A stretch of 64,000 nt of DNA from Aulosira sp. ZfuVER01 (GTDB lineage: Bacteria; Cyanobacteriota; Cyanobacteriia; Cyanobacteriales; Nostocaceae). The translations under genes were made by a program, and so were the position numbers. The DNA lies in the NCBI GenBank assembly GCA_034530615.2, contig JAVRCV020000019.1:32001-96000 (forward strand), written 5' to 3'. The notes below the pieces were generated by a model that saw only the letters and a list, made by a program, of their open reading frames with translations, searched no databases and was not told where the DNA came from. Of the stretch, positions 11,026 through 20,084 are shown piece after piece. How positions within the stretch are numbered: the first letter of the stretch is position 1; each line of letters opens with the position of its first letter.

Positions 11026-11805
11026 TTGATTAATAATACATTGTCCTCTTACAGTGCTTCTACTACCTCTATAGATACTGAGTTACATTCCACTAACATG
11101 GGGCACAAAGCCATTAGTGAATTGGAATCTACACTTTCTCAATCTCCTAATCTGCCCATCTCTTCATCGTCACCGCAAGTTTGGCTAGTGTTAGCAGCGG
11201 CGGTGTTTTTAGTATCTGTACCAGTGTTTGTCGAAGCCCCACTAGTGCGATCGCTGCCAAGTTTAAGTTTGGCAATGACAGGATTGTGGGTATGGCTAAG
11301 TTTTACTTTAATGTCACGTCCTGCTACTTATCTCTGGGGTGATTTGCTGTTAGGGTTTAGCTGGAGTTGGCTAGCTGGGGCAATTTACTGGGGCTGGTTA
11401 CGTTGGGAACCGATGTGGCATTTGCCAGTAGAGTCTATTGGCTTACCCTTTGCCTGTTGGTGTTTGCTACGGAATTGGGGCAAAGTCGGTAACTGGTTTT
11501 ATTTAGGTTCGTTATTCGGTACAGTCCTAACCGATGTGTATTTTTATTTAGTAGATTTAATGCCCTATTGGCGGCAAATTATGCAGGTGGAACCTGAGAA
11601 TGTTGCACCAATTTTGCAAACTGCCCTCATCCAAGTTCAAACACCGTGGGGTCAAGCCTGGGCAGTAATTCTCGCCTCAGCGCTGTTGACAATCGGGGTT
11701 TTACCTTTACGCCACAAACAAAGACATTGGTATGCTTTTGGGGGCGCAGTTTTAAGCACAATTTTAGTAGATAGCTTATTTTTATTAGCTGCGGCTTTAG
11801 CCTAA
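11026..11805 (+). CDS. DUF3120 family membrane protein
   Basis: FLVSVPVFVEAPLVR and WGWLRWEP..HLPVE motifs of a cyanobacterial membrane family. Confidence 0.8.
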   Translation: MINNTLSSYSASTTSIDTELHSTNMGHKAISELESTLSQSPNLPISSSSPQVWLVLAAAVFLVSVPVFVEAPLVRSLPSLSLAMTGLWVWLSFTLMSRPATYLWGDLLLGFSWSWLAGAIYWGWLRWEPMWHLPVESIGLPFACWCLLRNWGKVGNWFYLGSLFGTVLTDVYFYLVDLMPYWRQIMQVEPENVAPILQTALIQVQTPWGQAWAVILASALLTIGVLPLRHKQRHWYAFGGAVLSTILVDSLFLLAAALA

Positions 11806-11954
11806 GAACTTGATGTGTTAACAATAGTGCGATCGCACTATCCCAATCTTCAATTCATTAAGTGCGATCGCATAATTTGTCAATTACTGTAAAAACAAAT
11901 AACAAATGATTCAAAATCCTATCCCAAGAAGGAATAGGATGAGCCTACTAATCG

Positions 11955-13526
11955 TTAGTTACCGCTAGTCGCAGGCGCATCTGGTGGCGGAGATGGCTGG
12001 CGAGAACGACGTAATGAATCTATCAATTTGCTTTGACTAGGAGATGTAGGTTGTTGTGTTCGCCGCCGTCGCCTATTGTTAGCTGGTTGGGGCTGTGGTT
12101 TTGAGGTGTTAGCAACACTCTCACGCCGACGCCTTAGAGATTCTCTTAAATTGCTCTGATTAGATGAATTAGATACAGGGGTTTCTGTTCTAGGAAGAAG
12201 CAACCGTCTACTTGTGCGATTTTCCGTTGCTTCTGATGAAGGTGTAGGCGATCGCCTCTGTGTAGTTCTATTTTCTGTAGTATTTTCCCCAGTATTTTCT
12301 GTGTTTGTTGATGTGACAACCCGCCGCCTACGTCTTGGTGTTTCCTCATTGGAACTAGCATTAGAAGCTGCTGTTGGTTGGCTTTTTTGTGCTGCTTGTG
12401 CTTGTCTTTTACGTTCTTGAACTTCGCGGTGACGACGAGAACCTTGAATAGCAAATTCCGTAGCTATTGATACACCTTGCCGCCCACCCGCCGCAGGTTT
12501 TAATTTCCATTCACGGGCTTGTCTGAGGGTTTCTTCATCTAAATCACGATTTCCACTAGAGCGAGCAATCCGCACACTAGTGACATTACCATTATCATCG
12601 GTATCAACTGCTACTTCTACCCTACCTTCAATACCTCGCCTTCTGGCTGCTTCTGGGTACTTGGTGCGACATTCACGACAAGCTGCTCGACCATTACCTG
12701 AACCATTGGAATCGCGATCGCTATTTCCAGGTAATCTTGGAGATGTTGGTGCTGTTGCTACTGGCTTACCTGTTCCTGAGCCATTACCGATACCATTGCC
12801 GATACCGTTACCTGAGCCATTGCCGATACCGTTACCTGAGCCATTGCCGATACCGTTACCAATACCATTGCCAACACCGTTGCCTGAGCCATTGCCGATA
12901 CCCTTACCTGTACCGTTACCGATAGCAAAACCCGTACCATTACCAAGGGCAACAGTGGAGCCACCGCCACCGCCTGGATTATTTGAGTTTCTAATCCCAC
13001 TCAACAACTCTCTCAACTGTGGATCTGCTTTTTGCGTACCACCAGATGGTTGTACAGGAGTGGTTTTAACAGCAATGGAAGTAGAACGCTGGGGAGCTTG
13101 AACTGTTGTTTTCTCAACTAGCTTAGAATTATTTACTACCTTCCGTTCTGGTGTAGTTGGCTGCTGTATGACTGGTTTTTCAACCTTAATAACTGGCTGC
13201 GGTAGAGAAGTTACAGGAGGAGCGACAGACGCTTGAGTTTTAGGTGCAGGTTCAATACTACGCTCAATCTTACTAGGCGCGGGAGCCTCTGGAGATGGTT
13301 TAACCTCTTCTAGTGGTTTTGGCGTTTCCAGATCCGTTGGCTCAACGAGAGTTAATTCAATAGGTTCCTCTTCTACTTCCGGCACTCTAGTTAACAGATT
13401 AGTAATTCCAGAGGCTAGCACTGCTATATGTAGTATGAGTGAACTAACTAGACTGAAAGTCAAAAAAGACTTCAAAGCCTTAGCTTCTTTTTCTCGCTGT
13501 GCCACAGCGATACTGGAAAAACCCAT
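11955..13526 (-). CDS. tonB: TonB-family energy transducer
   Basis: N-terminal TM with S-x3-H (SSLILH), Pro/Glu-rich linker, TonB C-domain (YPEAARRRGIEGRVEV...SSGNRDLD); divergent from exbBD. Confidence 0.85.
   Translation of the reverse strand: MGFSSIAVAQREKEAKALKSFLTFSLVSSLILHIAVLASGITNLLTRVPEVEEEPIELTLVEPTDLETPKPLEEVKPSPEAPAPSKIERSIEPAPKTQASVAPPVTSLPQPVIKVEKPVIQQPTTPERKVVNNSKLVEKTTVQAPQRSTSIAVKTTPVQPSGGTQKADPQLRELLSGIRNSNNPGGGGGSTVALGNGTGFAIGNGTGKGIGNGSGNGVGNGIGNGIGNGSGNGIGNGSGNGIGNGIGNGSGTGKPVATAPTSPRLPGNSDRDSNGSGNGRAACRECRTKYPEAARRRGIEGRVEVAVDTDDNGNVTSVRIARSSGNRDLDEETLRQAREWKLKPAAGGRQGVSIATEFAIQGSRRHREVQERKRQAQAAQKSQPTAASNASSNEETPRRRRRVVTSTNTENTGENTTENRTTQRRSPTPSSEATENRTSRRLLLPRTETPVSNSSNQSNLRESLRRRRESVANTSKPQPQPANNRRRRRTQQPTSPSQSKLIDSLRRSRQPSPPPDAPATSGN
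12775..12922 (-). repeat. In-frame 12/24-bp tandem repeat encoding (GNG[S/I/V])n in tonB
   Basis: Repeated cctgagccattgccgataccgtta units. Confidence 0.85.
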
Positions 13527-13535
13527 AAGTTTATT

Positions 13536-13550
13536 TGCAAGTAATTAGCA
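13536..13550. promoter_or_regulatory. Candidate Fur-type 7-1-7 box in the divergent tonB/exbB promoter region
   Basis: TGCAAGTAATTAGCA, an imperfect inverted repeat (5/7 pairs) about 10 nt upstream of the tonB start; iron-uptake gene context. Confidence 0.35.
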
Positions 13551-13825
13551 TTAATTTTGTTAGATTACGTCGCTAGGTTGCAAAAGTCAAGCAATATATT
13601 GTGTGTGAAATTTTTGTGCTTATCAAGGTAAATTTTACTAAAATGCTGTAATTGCAACTTTTTCAAGGTTTAAAAATTCCCAAAATAAGAATCAATCTTG
13701 ATTATGAAGTAGCTAAAATTCGCCCTATATTGTGATTAACCTTATCTTTATTGAGAAAGTCTATTGATTAGTGGATAAGAACTGGTATTCTGAGTGTGGG
13801 TTGTTGATTAGTTAAGAAACAGTAC

Positions 13826-14479
13826 ATGGATATCAGTAAACTTTTTGAGGCTGGCGGCGTGGTAATGTGGCCGCTATTAGGGTTTAGCGTAGTAGCGATC
13901 GCCTTAATTATTGAGCGGGTTCGCTTTTGGTATCGCATCAACCATCGTCAAAACCGCGTAGTGCGAGAAGTTCTAAATCTCTACCGTCTTGATAACGTTG
14001 TCGGTGCTTTAGATAAACTACAAAAAAATGCTGATTTACCGATCGCACGTATCTTTCTTTCGGCTTTAGAACTTGAACAACCAACTCCCGAAGAGTTTCG
14101 CCTAGCCTTGGAAAGTGAAGCTCAAGCTGAAATCCCGACCCTGAAGCGATTTAACACTATCTTCGAGACAATCATCAGCCTTGCGCCCTTACTTGGATTA
14201 CTGGGTACAGTTTTGGGATTGATTACTTCCTTTGCCTCCCTCAACCTAGGAGATGTAGGAGGTACAAAAACAGCAGGTGTTACTAGTGGTATTAGTGAAG
14301 CTTTAGTTTCGACTGCAACAGGATTGGTAGTAGCAATATTTGTGCTGTTATTTGCCAACACATTTCGGGGACTGTACACTCGCCAGATGGCATCCATCCA
14401 AGAATATGGCGGGCAGTTGGAATTGCTTTATCGTCGTCGCTATGAACGAGGAGAAATGACTTATGCGGCTACAAGATGA
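13826..14479 (+). CDS. exbB: ExbB/MotA/TolQ proton channel
   Basis: GGVVMWPL, APLLGLLGTVLGLI, GISEALVSTATGL. Confidence 0.92.
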   Translation: MDISKLFEAGGVVMWPLLGFSVVAIALIIERVRFWYRINHRQNRVVREVLNLYRLDNVVGALDKLQKNADLPIARIFLSALELEQPTPEEFRLALESEAQAEIPTLKRFNTIFETIISLAPLLGLLGTVLGLITSFASLNLGDVGGTKTAGVTSGISEALVSTATGLVVAIFVLLFANTFRGLYTRQMASIQEYGGQLELLYRRRYERGEMTYAATR

Positions 14480-14867
14480 ACCAGATATCCCGCCACAAAT
14501 TAACATCGTGCCGATGATCGATGTGATATTTGCGATTTTGACATTTTTCATCATGTCAACGCTGTTTCTCACCCGCAGCGAAAGTTTGCCCGTGAATCTC
14601 CCCAAGGCAGCGACAGCTAAACAACAGCAAATTCCAACTAAAATCACCATTACGGTAGATGACAAAGGCATAGTGAGCTTGAACCGTCAGCCAACTACCA
14701 TTGATGCTTTAACAGAGCAAGTACGTAGTTTAGTTGGTGCAAACCCAGAAGCCTTAGTGATTATCAATGCGGATGAAAACATCGGGCACGGTCAGGTAGT
14801 AGCGGTTATGGATCGAGTCCGGCAAGTCAAAGGAGCTAAACTAGCGATCGCTACTCAAAAACCTTAA
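14463..14867 (+). CDS. exbD: ExbD/TolR biopolymer transport protein
   Basis: INIVPMIDVIFAILTFFI, VNLPKA, INADE; overlaps the exbB stop. Confidence 0.92.
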   Translation: MRLQDEPDIPPQINIVPMIDVIFAILTFFIMSTLFLTRSESLPVNLPKAATAKQQQIPTKITITVDDKGIVSLNRQPTTIDALTEQVRSLVGANPEALVIINADENIGHGQVVAVMDRVRQVKGAKLAIATQKP

Positions 14868-14873
14868 CTATGT

Positions 14874-14995
14874 ATGGGGCATTGGGCATTGGGCAATAGT
14901 CAAGAGTCAAGAGTCATTGGTTATTTCTCCCCTGCTCCCTTGTCCCCCTTGTCCCCCTGCTCCCTGCTTTTTATTCCTTACTCCTGCTCCTCTGC
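14874..14995. repeat. STRR-type tandem repeats
   Basis: ggggcattgggcattgggca, tcaagagtcaagag and cccctgctccccttgtcccc tracts. Confidence 0.7.
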
Positions 14996-15288
14996 ATTCA
15001 TTGAAAAATCCCTAAGTTCACTGCCTCTGCTTGTCCTCATGCAAGCACTACTTTAGAAAACTTTTTGCAAAAGTGTAGTCAAAGCCAGTAACAGTAAATA
15101 TTGTGCATATTAATAAGCTGTATATTAGTTTCTGATGACTGCTGTGTGTTAATTAAGCAAACAGCTATCAGCTTATCCTCAATGGTGAATAGTCCAGACT
15201 ATTGGCTGTTGAGTTTTGAGTGTTGACTGCTGAATGCTCTTTGGCTTAAAACTTTGATTTCAGTTTGATGGAAAGAGGTAGAAAAATC

Positions 15289-15717
15289 GTGAAAGGATTG
15301 GTGCGTTTATTAACAGTGTTTAGCTTGTTGCTTGGTTGTTGGGGATGGCTGGGAACAACTCAGATAGCCCAAGCTGCCAGTTTCAATAGCATGACTTTTC
15401 CTCAAGTCCCAATTCTGGCAATTGAACGGCAGAATCGGGCAGACGCTAAACTAGCAACGGAATTTGGTAAAAAAATTGATTTGAACAATACCAACGTCCG
15501 CGCTTTTCAACAGTATCCAGGTCTGTATCCTACCCTAGCTAAGAAAATCATCAAGAATGCTCCTTACCAAAAGGTAGAGGATGTCTTGAGTCTTCCAGGA
15601 TTGAGCGATCGCCAAAAACAAACTTTGCAAGCCAATTTAGATAAATTTACAGTGACAGAACTAGAATCTGTCTTCAACGAGGGAGACGATCGCTTTAACA
15701 ACGGTATCTATAGATAA
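15289..15717 (+). CDS. psbU: Photosystem II extrinsic 12 kDa protein PsbU
   Basis: [28 protein letters not shown]; signal peptide; GTG start after GAGGT. Confidence 0.96.
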   Translation: MKGLVRLLTVFSLLLGCWGWLGTTQIAQAASFNSMTFPQVPILAIERQNRADAKLATEFGKKIDLNNTNVRAFQQYPGLYPTLAKKIIKNAPYQKVEDVLSLPGLSDRQKQTLQANLDKFTVTELESVFNEGDDRFNNGIYR

Positions 15718-15876
15718 CTGCAAATGCAGTTATCTTAGTGAATAACAGCCTACTCCTTCTCGAAGGAAATGGCATTTTAGCTCGGAGATGGGCATAGTCA
15801 GGAGAAAAAGAAAAATATTTTCCCTCTCCTGTTATACCCTTCTCCCCTTCTCCCCTTTCCCCCAAAATCTTTTACC

Positions 15877-17556
15877 TTGCCTCCAATAGATATTCCAAGC
15901 CAATTTGATGTCTTAGTAGTTGGTGCAGGTGCCGCAGGGCTATATACGGCACTTTGTTTACCAGAATCTTTGCGAGTTGGTTTAATTACCAAAGAAACAG
16001 TTGCTCTATCTGCTAGTGATTGGGCCCAAGGTGGTATAGCTGCTGCGATCGCCCCAGAAGATTCTCCTACTTTACACATCGAAGATACAATCCGCGCCGG
16101 GGCTGGGCTGTGTGAAAAAGCCGCTGTAGAATTCCTCGCCCAACACGCCCCTAGCTGCATTCAATCTCTGGTGAATTTGGGCGTAGCTTTTGACCGTCAT
16201 GGTAATGCTTTGGCTTTAACTTTAGAAGCAGCCCATTCTCGCAACCGCGTTCTTCATGCCGCCGACACCACGGGTAGGGAAGTTATCACCACCCTCACCG
16301 CCCAAGTATTACGCCGCCAAAATATTCAAGTTATCCAGCAAGCTTTAGCTTTGAGTTTGTGGATGGAACCGCAAAGCCATCGCTGCCAAGGAATTAGCTT
16401 ATTTTATCAAGGCGAAATTCGCTGGATTCAGGCTGGTGCTGTGGTATTAGCAACCGGTGGCGGGGGCCAAGTATTCGCTCAAACTACTAACCCTGCTGTG
16501 AGTACAGGGGATGGAGTAGCGATCGCAGCCCGTGCTGGCGCTATCCTCCGCGATTTAGAATTTGTCCAATTTCATCCTACGGCTCTCACCAAACAAGGGA
16601 GCGATCGCTTTTTAATCAGTGAAGCCGTGCGCGGCGAGGGGGCACACCTCGTTGACAAGGAAGGGCGGCGTTTTGCCTTTGACTACCATCCTGCGGGAGA
16701 ACTTGCACCTCGTGATGTAGTTAGTAGAGCCATTTTTAGCCATTTGCAACGTACCTCAGCCGACCCAGCTACGGCCCATGTCTGGTTAGATATGCGCCCC
16801 ATCCCAGCTGAACAAATTCGTCATCGCTTTCCCAACATCATCAAAGTTTGTCAACATTGGGGCATTGATGTCTTCACAGAACCAATTCCTGTTGCCCCCG
16901 CTGCCCATTACTGGATGGGTGGAATCGTTACAGACTTGATGAATCGCACAAATATTCCTGGCTTATACGCTGTAGGCGAAACCGCCAGTACTGGAGTGCA
17001 TGGAGCCAATCGCCTAGCAAGTAATTCTCTTTTAGAATGTATTGTATTTGGCGCACAGATGGCTCACATTGAGTTGCCTGTTGCTGAGTTACATTCAGAG
17101 TTGCCCGTGCTGCCATTACGGGAATTTCGGAGTGATGTTGCTGAGTGGCAAAGACAGCAAGCACAACTAGAAACACTGCGGCAGAAATTACCGCGTCTAG
17201 TTTGGCAAAGCGCTGGTATTTGTCGAGCGCAATCAGGATTAGAGGCGGCGATCACCACTGTTGAATCTTGGCAGCAAGATTTTGCTATCTTACCTTTGAG
17301 TAGATTTCTCCTATCTTTAAATCCGGCAGAACCCGCTCGTTTAAAACTACCAAATGTAGAACGGCAATTGCGACTTTGGGCAGAAACTCGTAATTTGTTA
17401 GATGTGGCTGATTTAATTCTTAAAAGTGCTGTTTTTAGAACCGAAAGCCGGGGCGGACACTACCGCTTAGATTATCCAGAAACAGACTTTGATTGGCAAG
17501 CTCACACCCTTGTCCAGAAAAACCATTGGTGGAAATCCCCAATCTCAAACCCTTAA
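15877..17556 (+). CDS. nadB: L-aspartate oxidase
   Basis: GAGAAG FAD motif, SDWAQGGIAA, EAAHSRNRVLHA, QFHPT, HGANRLASNSLLE, ESRGGHYR. Confidence 0.95.
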   Translation: MPPIDIPSQFDVLVVGAGAAGLYTALCLPESLRVGLITKETVALSASDWAQGGIAAAIAPEDSPTLHIEDTIRAGAGLCEKAAVEFLAQHAPSCIQSLVNLGVAFDRHGNALALTLEAAHSRNRVLHAADTTGREVITTLTAQVLRRQNIQVIQQALALSLWMEPQSHRCQGISLFYQGEIRWIQAGAVVLATGGGGQVFAQTTNPAVSTGDGVAIAARAGAILRDLEFVQFHPTALTKQGSDRFLISEAVRGEGAHLVDKEGRRFAFDYHPAGELAPRDVVSRAIFSHLQRTSADPATAHVWLDMRPIPAEQIRHRFPNIIKVCQHWGIDVFTEPIPVAPAAHYWMGGIVTDLMNRTNIPGLYAVGETASTGVHGANRLASNSLLECIVFGAQMAHIELPVAELHSELPVLPLREFRSDVAEWQRQQAQLETLRQKLPRLVWQSAGICRAQSGLEAAITTVESWQQDFAILPLSRFLLSLNPAEPARLKLPNVERQLRLWAETRNLLDVADLILKSAVFRTESRGGHYRLDYPETDFDWQAHTLVQKNHWWKSPISNP

Positions 17557-17743
17557 TAATCTTCAGTTTAATCCTGGATTCAAGCTGCTTATACCAACTA
17601 TCTCAATCACTGGGAAAAATTATTCTCCCCTGCTGCCTATCTGTAGCGATCTTACACAGTGAATTGCTGTTAGTAAGGGGTAAAACAGTTTTTACTCAGC
17701 AATTATCCAGACTTACGCCTAATTTCTCGTAATTTTGAATCAC

Positions 17744-18010
17744 TTAACGAGTACCACTACCATGCTGACTGTCGGGTCCACCATAATTCCGTGGTGTAAA
17801 GGTCTGCTTTAACTCTTGAGAATTAGACCTAGATGTAGTTAGGCTTTCGCTACTAGTGCCAAGGCTTTCCATAGGCACAGAGCTAAATGCTGCTGTAGTA
17901 CTAGCTGTCTTAGGAATTATCAGGTAAACACTAATAAACAATATTGCAATACTAGTAATTCTTAGATGATTCGTTATAGATCTAGGTAAATTTACTGTTT
18001 CGGTTTTCAT
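17744..18010 (-). CDS. Small putative exported peptide precursor ending in ...GGPDSQHGSGTR
   Basis: Basic N-region then hydrophobic stretch (ITSIAILFISVYLII), Ser/Thr-rich spacer and a G-rich C-terminal motif; start at 18010 or 18049. Confidence 0.6.
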   Translation of the reverse strand: MKTETVNLPRSITNHLRITSIAILFISVYLIIPKTASTTAAFSSVPMESLGTSSESLTTSRSNSQELKQTFTPRNYGGPDSQHGSGTR

Positions 18011-19329
18011 GCTCTTAACTCTAATGTTATTTTCGGTAAATGTACTCATTATCCCAAAAAAATATTAAATTTTCATTAATTTTTTGTTGCATACAAATGA
18101 AGTTGGCGGATAACAAACAGTTTTTATTAGGTGGTTAGTCTAGTTGTGGCTAGTTTTGGATAAATGTACCTGACATCTAGAAATACAATTAGGGTTGTGT
18201 TTATAACATCGGTCTAAAGTTAGAGATTTTGCTGCATTGCTTAAACACGTATATTTACTAAATTCTTAATCCTTAACACAATTTTAATATTCTAGTGCAG
18301 AAATACTATGTTGGCTGGACTACAAATCCGGATAAATCATCGTCAATTTCTTTTGTGTTAAGAAATATGTAGCAGTGAAGATAGTTAAACTCTAAACTTC
18401 GCATTCAAGATGTGTAAGCAAAATTAGTAAAAATTCTGGCAAGCATAAAATTTTTTTTAAGTATATGTGCTGAATAATTTACAGAGATGTAGTGCTTTGC
18501 TCACATAAAATATGCAAAAAAGATCTCAACAATCATCTACTAATTCTAAAGAATATTTTAATTTTATTGACAAAATGCCTATCTTTACCTCCTTAAACTA
18601 CTAATACAGACTTTTCACAACACATTCCGGTTAATATGACGAAGTTATTACTAGAGCTAAAGAAGAATTAGCGTTATTGAGCCTTTTCTCAAAGAGAAAC
18701 GAGAGTTACCCATACTGCACAGCAGAACTCGTTCGGTGTTCGCTCCGTTGCTGTCTGACGAAGTTCCGTAAGGTAAGCTACCGTTCCTTATTAGGCGTAG
18801 CCCTTGCCGCATACTTGTAGACGCCCTTTAGGTGATGCTTTCAAGGGTAGTAGGGTGGAAACACCTTTTCTGCGTGCTAGCTTACTTGTACAAATCAGTT
18901 CAGGAATCAAATTGGATTGCTATAGTAACCCAAAGGGATGAATTTTAATTCTTCATGACTGCTTAATTTTCAACACATAAGTCATGCAACAGGCAAGCGG
19001 TGAAATCGATTTACTAATAAATTAGCTTTTACGTTACATTAATCACATATTTTTTTAACTTTAAATAGTTCTAATGAAGTAGTTATTCATATTAAATAAA
19101 AGATATACTTTTAATATATAAAATTAATTACTTTATCTAATTACTCTTTTGAACGAACAAACTATTACTTCTAATTTATTAATCATCTCATAAATTTTTA
19201 GCTGCTTACTAATTAGCTATATAACTATGTTTTTGAGAATATTTGATCAAACCTTAGTTATTTTGAGTAAGGACTAATGGTTAATCAATAATGGTTTGCA
19301 CTTACCAAAAATTTATCAGGAGTTTACCG

Positions 19330-19572
19330 ATGACACAGATTAATCGAAAAGAGCTTGACACATTTCTTTATCCTCATACTCGCTATTACGGTTCTTTCAA
19401 GCCAGAAAGCCTTACCTTTAATGCCAACCTTCAAGAATTTGCACAGAAAGTTGGTTATATTAGTGTTTTAGAAACAGCGGGAAAACTCTCTCCAGAAGAA
19501 GCTTACAGCCAGATTAAAGAACTTTGGAAACAGTTAAAGCAAAGCAAAAAAGAACTGGGAATTGGCCAATAA
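19330..19572 (+). CDS. Conserved small cyanobacterial protein (FLYP..RYYG...FNANLQEFAQ family)
   Basis: Recognisable conserved motif; AGGAG RBS before ATG 19330. Confidence 0.8.
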   Translation: MTQINRKELDTFLYPHTRYYGSFKPESLTFNANLQEFAQKVGYISVLETAGKLSPEEAYSQIKELWKQLKQSKKELGIGQ

Positions 19573-19591
19573 ATAGCTAAAAATTGGTGTT

Positions 19592-19900
19592 ATACCATTT
19601 CACTTTAAGAATGTACAAATACGCGGTAGAGGGTTTAACAATGCTCACCTGTGTCAACTTAAGCTTAGATGTATACAGCGTAAGTCTTTGAGGTTATCTC
19701 TCTTAGCACCATAAACTTTCTATCCCCCCTAACCCCCCTTAAAAAAGGGGGGAAAAGAATCAAAGTCCCCCTTAAAAAGGGGGATTTAGGGGGATCAAAT
19801 ATCTAGAGCAACAAAGCCTTTCACGTTAAGTTGACACCAATGAACAATGCTAAACCCCTACGAAAAATCTATCTGTATCAGGATTTTCGTGAATTGGTAT
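19592..19900. mobile_element. Nested palindromic dispersed repeat, copy 1 (outer IR element > REP-like hairpin > inner MITE)
   Basis: Ends ATACCATTTCAC / GTGAATTGGTAT; GTAGAGGGTTTAACA...TGCTAAACCCCTAC hairpin; inner TIR GTGTCAACTTAA; homologous to 50159-50465. Confidence 0.85.
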
Positions 19901-20084
19901 TACGTAGCCTTTCAGCTTAGGTCTACATCTTAATAACAATTCGCAACGATCTGTATACTTATTAAAGTAAAACATTATAACCTCTACTTAAGATTAAAGT
20001 ATAGGTTTTGACCAAAATATATTTTGATAGCCAATTTATGTGATATAAATATTTTTTTGAATTTCTCTTATAAATTGCTAACAA

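Noticed and set aside
12775..12922. Tandem repeat considered as a CRISPR array
   Set aside because: No unique spacers, in frame within tonB, no cas genes.
12580..13101. 173-aa plus-strand ORF with (PLPI/PLPE)n repeats
   Set aside because: Antisense shadow of the tonB GNG repeat.
17744..18049. Calling the small ORF patX or patS
   Set aside because: It has HGSGTR rather than RG(S/T)GR, so no gene symbol was assigned.
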